Source of the DNA: Anaerolineales bacterium
GTDB taxonomy: Bacteria; Chloroflexota; Anaerolineae; Anaerolineales; UBA6663
Reading direction: 5' to 3'
Assembly: GCA_044226485.1 (NCBI GenBank)
Contig: JBGAGY010000011.1
Span: forward strand, 168,806 to 232,805
Length of the DNA: 64,000 bases
The position numbers were made by a program, and so were the translations under genes. The notes beneath the pieces are model-generated. The model was not told the DNA's origin. It worked only from the letters and a program-made list of their open reading frames with translations, and did no database searches. Within the stretch, counting starts at the first letter, position 1, and every line of letters begins with the position of its first letter. Of this stretch, positions 59,904 through 64,000 are shown piece by piece.

Positions 59904-60415
59904 TCAGTTCTCCACACTATTGGCGAATCCACCCGCCAAACACCCAATACGGCCCCTGCATTCATCTGGCACGGAGTCCGCTAGAGACTCGTCCAGAACC
60001 CTCGTTTCGCCTCCGCCGATCGTGATATTGTCGCCGATCTTCCAGGATCTCGTCTCGCCCAGCGGGATATCCTCGACGGTGAGCGTCACTCCGTCGAATT
60101 CGTGGCGAAAGTCTGCCGGCCAAACGACTGTGTAGGTTTCCTCGCCCTCTGAGTACTTGATCCTCACACAGGAGCCTTCGCTCTCCAACGTCCCCTCTAA
60201 GAGGGCTGTCATTCTCGGGAGAGCAAAAAAGGTTCCCGTTGCGCTCGGCGCGGCCCCTGTTGGCTCCGCAACGGACGGTGTTGAGCTGGCAACGATATTG
60301 AATGAACACGCTGCAAAAAAACCAAGGCGCTGGCGACAAATGCGCTGGCAACCAAGGCGCTGGCGACAAATGCGCTGGCATTCCACAGGCAGAAGCGTGA
60401 CGTATCGGTTGACAT
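59904..60415 (-). pseudogene. putative lipoprotein cassette gene split by a frame change at a T7 tract
   Basis: Signal-peptide-like MSTDTSRFCLWNASAFVASALVASAFVASALVF is in one frame (ORF 60209-60415). The mature-looking part (A)ACSFNIVASSTPS... is in the -1 frame (ORF 59904-60431). The frames meet at G UUU UUU G (complement of 60315-60321). Confidence 0.5.
60321..60380. repeat. perfect 30-bp tandem duplication inside the cassette ORF
   Basis: accaaggcgctggcgacaaatgcgctggca x2, duplicating ASAFVASALV in the signal-peptide-like frame. Confidence 0.9.
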
Positions 60416-60481
60416 CCGGATTCCTTCCCACTACCCGCTCGACTCGGCAACAGGAATCACCCCCTCAGAATGCAAGGAGCC

Positions 60482-60609
60482 ACCTAACGCACTGGCATCA
60501 GCTGCGTGGCGGGTCTAGCCAGCCCGGGCTGGCCGAAGGCGCGCCGGCGATGCAACCACACTGGTTGGGGGCCCCGAATAGCTACGTCAGCTGCATGCCA
60601 TTGTTAGGC
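60482..60609 (-). repeat. attC site (diverged centre)
   Basis: acctaacgcactggcatcagctgcgtggcgggtctagccagcccgg...ttgggggccccgaatagctacgtcagctgcatgccattgttaggc. Confidence 0.85.
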
Positions 60610-60662
60610 CGCCCCAAAGGCGCTTTGACGTTCATAACGCAAGCCGCCTGGCTCAGACGATT

Positions 60663-61145
60663 CTACGATGGCCAATACACGCCCATAACAGCGATTGCGG
60701 TTACCAACATGACCACGACGACCTGGCTCGTGGACAAGAGTCCAACTGTTTCAGCCGGGCCCACAAGATACCGGTAGCTCTTCGGTACAGGGTATACGCC
60801 CCAAACCTTGAAAAAAACCGGAAACACCAAATGACCCAAGGCAATACTGCCCGCGAAAACGGGATAAACCATCTCCCGAGGGCTGCTGCCGTTCCGAACA
60901 AGATAGACGCCGAGGAGCAAGACGAGAACAGACAATGCACCCGCGCCCAAAGTCCAAACCGTCATGCGTCGATTGCTCCCCACATGAACTTCGGACAACT
61001 CAGTCAGTTCCGATTCAGAGTACTGCTTCAACCGAAATCGGATCAAGAATATGTCTGTCCAGAATACGGCTACACACCCCAACGCCGTCCACACAATTGC
61101 CCAAACCATTTTCGCCCCCTCAGTCGTCACAACGATGGCGAACAT
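60663..61145 (-). CDS. membrane protein of unknown function (cassette)
   Basis: About 160 aa from MFAIVVTTEG (or 148 aa from MVWAIVW) with 4 hydrophobic segments. The ORF-track N-terminus MPVSVRRCAVGRVGLGS... is attC sequence. Confidence 0.6.
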   Translation of the reverse strand: MFAIVVTTEGAKMVWAIVWTALGCVAVFWTDIFLIRFRLKQYSESELTELSEVHVGSNRRMTVWTLGAGALSVLVLLLGVYLVRNGSSPREMVYPVFAGSIALGHLVFPVFFKVWGVYPVPKSYRYLVGPAETVGLLSTSQVVVVMLVTAIAVMGVYWPS

Positions 61146-61162
61146 GTTCTTGTTGGTTGGCG

Positions 61163-61291
61163 GCCTAACGGCTCGCATCAGCTGCGTGGCGAGCGAACCG
61201 AGGCCGACCCGCCCGACGGCGCACCGGCGAACCGAGACCGGCACGGCTTGGGGCCCCGATTAGCCACGTCAGCTGCATGCGATTGTTAGGT
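61163..61291 (-). repeat. attC site
   Basis: gcctaacggctcgcatcagctgcgtggcgagcgaaccgaggccg...ccggcgaaccgagaccggc...cttggggccccgattagccacgtcagctgcatgcgattgttaggt. Confidence 0.9.
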
Positions 61292-61348
61292 GCACTGCTT
61301 GCGATGTATTTGTAGAAACGAAAACTGGGCCTTCGCCCAGTTTGATAA

Positions 61349-61654
61349 TCAACCGCCAGTCGTTCGACCCTGCTGCCATTGCTTGAGAGATTGCTGGCTC
61401 TCCCCAGATGGCTTTCCGAGAATCAAGTCCTCAACGGCAATATCTTCGTCCAATGCGGGCCAATGGATGCCCTGCCCCTGCCCGACGAGGCGCCAATTCT
61501 TTCGCTCATCGACGCTGCCGTGCAGCAACCGCGGATACCAGCCCAAAGGCACGGAAATCGTCCGCCCGTCCGACAGGTCGACCGTCAACGTGTCGTCGGT
61601 GACAACCACATCCTGAGCCCGCGCTAGTCGGATTTCAGAGGCCAAAGAACTCAT
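61349..61654 (-). CDS. DUF2442-family protein (second gene of a two-gene cassette)
   Basis: 101 aa. ...VVVTDDTLTVDLSDGRTISVPLGWYPRLLHGSVDERKNWRLVGQGQGIHWPALDEDIAVEDLI is the typical DUF2442 pattern. Overlaps the upstream gene by 20 nt. Confidence 0.8.
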   Translation of the reverse strand: MSSLASEIRLARAQDVVVTDDTLTVDLSDGRTISVPLGWYPRLLHGSVDERKNWRLVGQGQGIHWPALDEDIAVEDLILGKPSGESQQSLKQWQQGRTTGG

Positions 61655-61871
61655 TCCATTTCCTCATCAGTGTGTCGCGGTTGTCTTCCACATGACGCTG
61701 GATTTGGGTGATGTCTTTGCGACCAAATCCACCACTACTTTCGAGCCGGACTGGCTCAAGCCAAAACTTGGCAACATTGCTGTCTCGCTCAACATGCACA
61801 TGTGGGGGTTCGCTGCGATCGCCCGAATAAAAGAAGAAGCGATATGGCCCCACCCACAAGACAGTCGGCAT
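61635..61871 (-). CDS. DUF4160-family protein (first gene of a two-gene cassette)
   Basis: 78 aa. MPTVLWVGPYRFFFYSGDRSEPPHVHVERDSNVAKFWLEPV is the DUF4160 signature. The longer ORF-track N-terminus is attC-derived. Confidence 0.8.
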   Translation of the reverse strand: MPTVLWVGPYRFFFYSGDRSEPPHVHVERDSNVAKFWLEPVRLESSGGFGRKDITQIQRHVEDNRDTLMRKWNEFFGL

Positions 61872-61877
61872 TTCGCA

Positions 61878-61906
61878 ACAATATTGCTGAAAGGCGTTTC
61901 TGTCAA
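61878..61906 (-). promoter_or_regulatory. cassette-internal sigma70-type promoter TTGACA-17-TATTGT
   Basis: On the minus strand, TTGACA (61906-61901), a 17-nt spacer and TATTGT (61883-61878). The ATG at 61871 lies only 6 nt downstream, implying a leaderless or near-leaderless mRNA. Confidence 0.6.
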
Positions 61907-61993
61907 CTTTGCCGAAATGCAGCAAAAACGAGCCTATCTGGACGGTAGAGTGCCCCGTTTCCTTGCCTTCGATATTCTGCCCCGGCAGGGTGC

Positions 61994-62122
61994 ACCTAAC
62001 GGCTCGCATCAGCTGCGTGGCGGGTGAGCCGAGGCCGTGCTGCCCGCAGGCACGCCGGTGAACCGAAGCCGCCATGACTTGGGGCCCCAGTTAGCCACGT
62101 CAGCTGCATGCGTTTGTTAGCC
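61994..62122 (-). repeat. attC site
   Basis: acctaacggctcgcatcagctgcgtggcgggtgagccgaggccg...gccggtgaaccgaagccgc...cttggggccccagttagccacgtcagctgcatgcgtttgttagcc. Confidence 0.9.
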
Positions 62123-62129
62123 CGGTGCC

Positions 62130-62888
62130 TCACCGGCGACACCGACATACAAAGCGACTCACGGCATAGAAGAAACTACCCTCGGCGACCGCGTCGGCCA
62201 CATCGGCACGCCATTGCGCTAACTCACCGGCCCCAAACTCGGTTTCCGCAAGCCACTGCGACATAAGCCCCACGACTCGAGGAGCATAGTGGTCTTCTTG
62301 CCACGCCGAATTCACCAACGTGTACACCATCGGCTCGACCTCCGCAAAACCAGCCTTACGGCAGAGATGATTCAGCAGCCGGCCCATTCCAGCACCTTGT
62401 CCATCGCCGGCAAACGCCAGAACGGCTCGGCGTGATCGCGCTCGGTCCGAGGTCGAGAATACCTGGGTTTCCCAATCGGTATGTACTACCAGCGCCGTGC
62501 CGCCCGGTCTCAACACACGTCGAATCTCGGTGAGCGCCTCGATTGGCGGATTCACAAACTCCAGCATTTCTGCACAGATCGCCTTGTCGAAGGTCATATC
62601 CTCGAACGGCAGGGTACGCGCATCCGCCCTCCGATACTCAATTCGACGATCGCCGCTCCCGCTCTTCCAGCGCTCAATAGCCCGCAGATATCGCCGCTCA
62701 TCCGCCTCCACGCCTATGATCCGCCCTACAGCGGGATACTCTTGAGCCAGAAATCGATCCGCATCGCCTGTATCGCAACCAACGTCGATGATCGATTCGC
62801 CGCCGCGTGGTTCCAGCCATGAAAAGTACTGTCTCCACTGCGCCATGATGTCGGGCATCGGTCCATCCAGGAATCGTTCTTGCGCCAT
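62130..62888 (-). CDS. class I SAM-dependent methyltransferase (cassette)
   Basis: Motif I IIDVGCDTGDADRFL and post-I VLRPGG. The stop codon is 8 nt from the attC box. Confidence 0.9.
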   Translation of the reverse strand: MAQERFLDGPMPDIMAQWRQYFSWLEPRGGESIIDVGCDTGDADRFLAQEYPAVGRIIGVEADERRYLRAIERWKSGSGDRRIEYRRADARTLPFEDMTFDKAICAEMLEFVNPPIEALTEIRRVLRPGGTALVVHTDWETQVFSTSDRARSRRAVLAFAGDGQGAGMGRLLNHLCRKAGFAEVEPMVYTLVNSAWQEDHYAPRVVGLMSQWLAETEFGAGELAQWRADVADAVAEGSFFYAVSRFVCRCRR

Positions 62889-62915
62889 TGTTCCTCTCGA
62901 AATGTATCAGGCGAG

Positions 62916-63044
62916 GGCTAACGGCTCGCATCAGCTGCGTGGCGGGTGAGCCGAGGCCGCCACGCCCGATGGCGCGTCGGTGAACCGAGACCGGCCTGAC
63001 TTGGGGCCCCGAGTAGCCACGTCAGCTGCATGCGTTCGTTAGCC
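62916..63044 (-). repeat. attC site
   Basis: ggctaacggctcgcatcagctgcgtggcgggtgagccgaggccg...tcggtgaaccgagaccggc...cttggggccccgagtagccacgtcagctgcatgcgttcgttagcc. Confidence 0.9.
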
Positions 63045-63097
63045 TGCCAGATCAGACGCGCCGGCGCTCAGAATTCGCCGAATCAGGCATTCTGGCG

Positions 63098-63694
63098 TTA
63101 CGGACCAACTGCGTACTCATTGCAGCCCAGATAGGCATCCAAGATCTGGGTCACACGCGTATCGACGGCACCTTGGTCGGGCATCAGATGTAGTTCCGGC
63201 GCGACCAACGCTTGAATGCCCGTGTACACGGTTTCATCGAGATTCCCGGTGACGCGCTCGATCGTGCTGCCCAGACCGCTCTGCCCCGTCAACCGGAGCA
63301 TCGTTCCTGCCGGGTTGAGCTCCAAAGGCAGCCACCCTGCATAGAACCCGCCCATCATCAACCGATTGCCCACCGCGGCAATAGTTTCCGCCTTCAACTT
63401 CCCTACACGGATAACATCGGGCTTCCGAACCAAGCTCACATCGAGAAAAGCGAATCCGTCGGCCCAAATGACCAACTCAGGCACGTACGTGCAGTAGCGA
63501 TCACCCGGCTGTGTGGTGGGGATAGGAACGCCCGGATAGTGCACCTCGGCCATCACCAGCTTGGTGACCTCGCCTGTTTCCAATGTCGGACCGAAGACTA
63601 CTCGAAACACGGCGATCATGAGCACAGTCAAGACGACGGTGAAGGTGATAAAGCCCCGCTTGCGTCGACTTCCTTCGTGGCTCACGAAAACCAT
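63098..63694 (-). CDS. N-terminally membrane-anchored protein of unknown function (cassette)
   Basis: 198 aa with a single TM helix (GFITFTVVLTVLMIAVFRVVF), followed by a soluble domain with no family I recognise. Confidence 0.6.
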   Translation of the reverse strand: MVFVSHEGSRRKRGFITFTVVLTVLMIAVFRVVFGPTLETGEVTKLVMAEVHYPGVPIPTTQPGDRYCTYVPELVIWADGFAFLDVSLVRKPDVIRVGKLKAETIAAVGNRLMMGGFYAGWLPLELNPAGTMLRLTGQSGLGSTIERVTGNLDETVYTGIQALVAPELHLMPDQGAVDTRVTQILDAYLGCNEYAVGP

Positions 63695-63707
63695 CCTCTT
63701 GGAGGCA

Positions 63708-63837
63708 GGCTAACGGCTCGCATCAGCTGCGTGGCGGGTGAACCGAGGCCGAGTTGCCCGCAGACGCGCCGGTGAACCGAGCCCGGCCTTGACTTGGGGC
63801 CCCGAGTAGCCACGTCAGCTGCATGCGGTTGTTAGGC
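63708..63837 (-). repeat. attC site
   Basis: ggctaacggctcgcatcagctgcgtggcgggtgaaccgaggccg...gccggtgaaccgagcccggc...cttggggccccgagtagccacgtcagctgcatgcggttgttaggc. Confidence 0.9.
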
Positions 63838-63880
63838 CGCGGGTGGCCCAGACACATCCAACTTCCCCTGCAAGATGGAC

Positions 63881-64000
63881 CTACCTAAAGCGCGGTTTCC
63901 ACGCTGGAATCACGACCGCAACAAGCATTGAACCCACAATACCTGGTAGACACATGACAGTCAGATACCACACGATCACCTGAAAGTCGACCTGCTGCAC
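63881..64000 (-). CDS. 3' end of a further cassette ORF (hydrophobic C-terminus), truncated by the window edge
   Basis: Open minus-strand frame ...VQQVDFQVIVWYLTVMCLPGIVGSMLVAVVIPAWKPRFR-stop (TAG, complement of 63881-63883). Confidence 0.4.
   Translation of the reverse strand: MQQVDFQVIVWYLTVMCLPGIVGSMLVAVVIPAWKPRFR

Larger units (their letters stand above)
55867..64000 (-). mobile_element. integron-type gene-cassette array (10 attC in 8.1 kb; continues past the window edge)
   Basis: Highly similar ~129-nt attC copies spaced 0.55-1.4 kb apart, mostly separating one compact gene per interval (one interval has a two-gene pair). 9 of 10 genes are on the minus strand. Confidence 0.85.

Noticed and set aside
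55867-63837. Regularly spaced repeats could be mistaken for a CRISPR array.
   Set aside because: The repeats are about 129 nt long, imperfectly palindromic and variable in the centre. The 'spacers' are 0.4-1.3 kb and contain full ORFs. No cas genes are present.
1374-63837. The repeat family could be REP/BIME elements or MITEs rather than attC sites.
   Set aside because: All copies share one orientation. They carry complementary RYYYAAC/GTTRRRY ends with asymmetric bulges, separate single co-oriented compact ORFs, and contain stop codons of upstream genes. I saw no target-site duplications or terminal structures typical of MITEs. This remains the main alternative until a covariance-model search and an intI search are done.
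1-64000. Search for tRNA, rRNA and an integron integrase gene.
   Set aside because: No T-loop/acceptor-type patterns in intergenic regions, no rRNA-like segments, and no ORF with tyrosine-recombinase motifs. This absence was judged by eye and should be confirmed with tRNAscan-SE, Infernal and HMM searches.

Overview
GC-rich bacterial chromosomal segment. I saw no rRNA, tRNA or CRISPR. The dominant feature is about 25 co-oriented copies of a ~86-133 nt imperfect-palindromic repeat. About half are well conserved; the rest are eroded or truncated. Consensus: GCCTAAC-ggct-CGCAT-CAGCTG-CGTGGC ... GGGGCCCC ... GCCACG-t-CAGCTG-c-ATGCG-ttc-GTTAGGC. The repeats sit between short, mostly minus-strand ORFs of unrelated function and uneven GC content. 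This matches integron attC sites (RYYYAAC / GTTRRRY boxes, bulged bases, variable central part) and gene cassettes. The copies fall into five clusters: 1.4-3.5, 12.1-15.0, 27.2-30.3, 45.4-47.8 and 55.9->64 kb. No integron integrase or attI is present in the window, so within this window they are attC clusters lacking an integrase. Repeat conservation rises toward the right edge, and cassette orientation also points that way, so any intI/attI should lie beyond 64 kb. Cassette cargo includes two GyrI-like binders, SDRs, methyltransferases, APH-like kinase, VOC/glyoxalase, RibD_C reductase, GT1 glycosyltransferase, TrmO-like protein, GGDEF cyclase, alpha/beta hydrolases, DUF1801, and a DUF4160/DUF2442 pair with its own near-consensus promoter. 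Ordinary-looking blocks lie between the clusters. (a) A SARP/BTAD-TPR regulator lies divergent from three secreted beta-propeller/beta-helix proteins that share an unusual C-terminal ..LY[LV]Px[VI]..[RH] tail. (b) A ~11 kb sugar-utilisation locus carries an ABC transporter, AraD-like, PfkB, GH4 and NagB-like genes plus GntR and DeoR regulators. (c) A membrane/signalling block carries four CPBP intramembrane proteases, a 48-aa hydrophobic peptide ORF, a large propeller-type histidine kinase with NarL regulator, and an ECF-like sigma factor. Mobile DNA consists of two inverted, decayed copies of an IS3/IS481-type element bracketing a two-component system. One copy is inserted inside an attC. The kinase of that system is split by an 834-bp IS5/IS427-type element with a TA duplication. 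An IS orfA remnant and an ABC-permease remnant lie at 44.4-44.8 kb. Non-ORF coordinates were read by eye and may be off by 1-2 nt.
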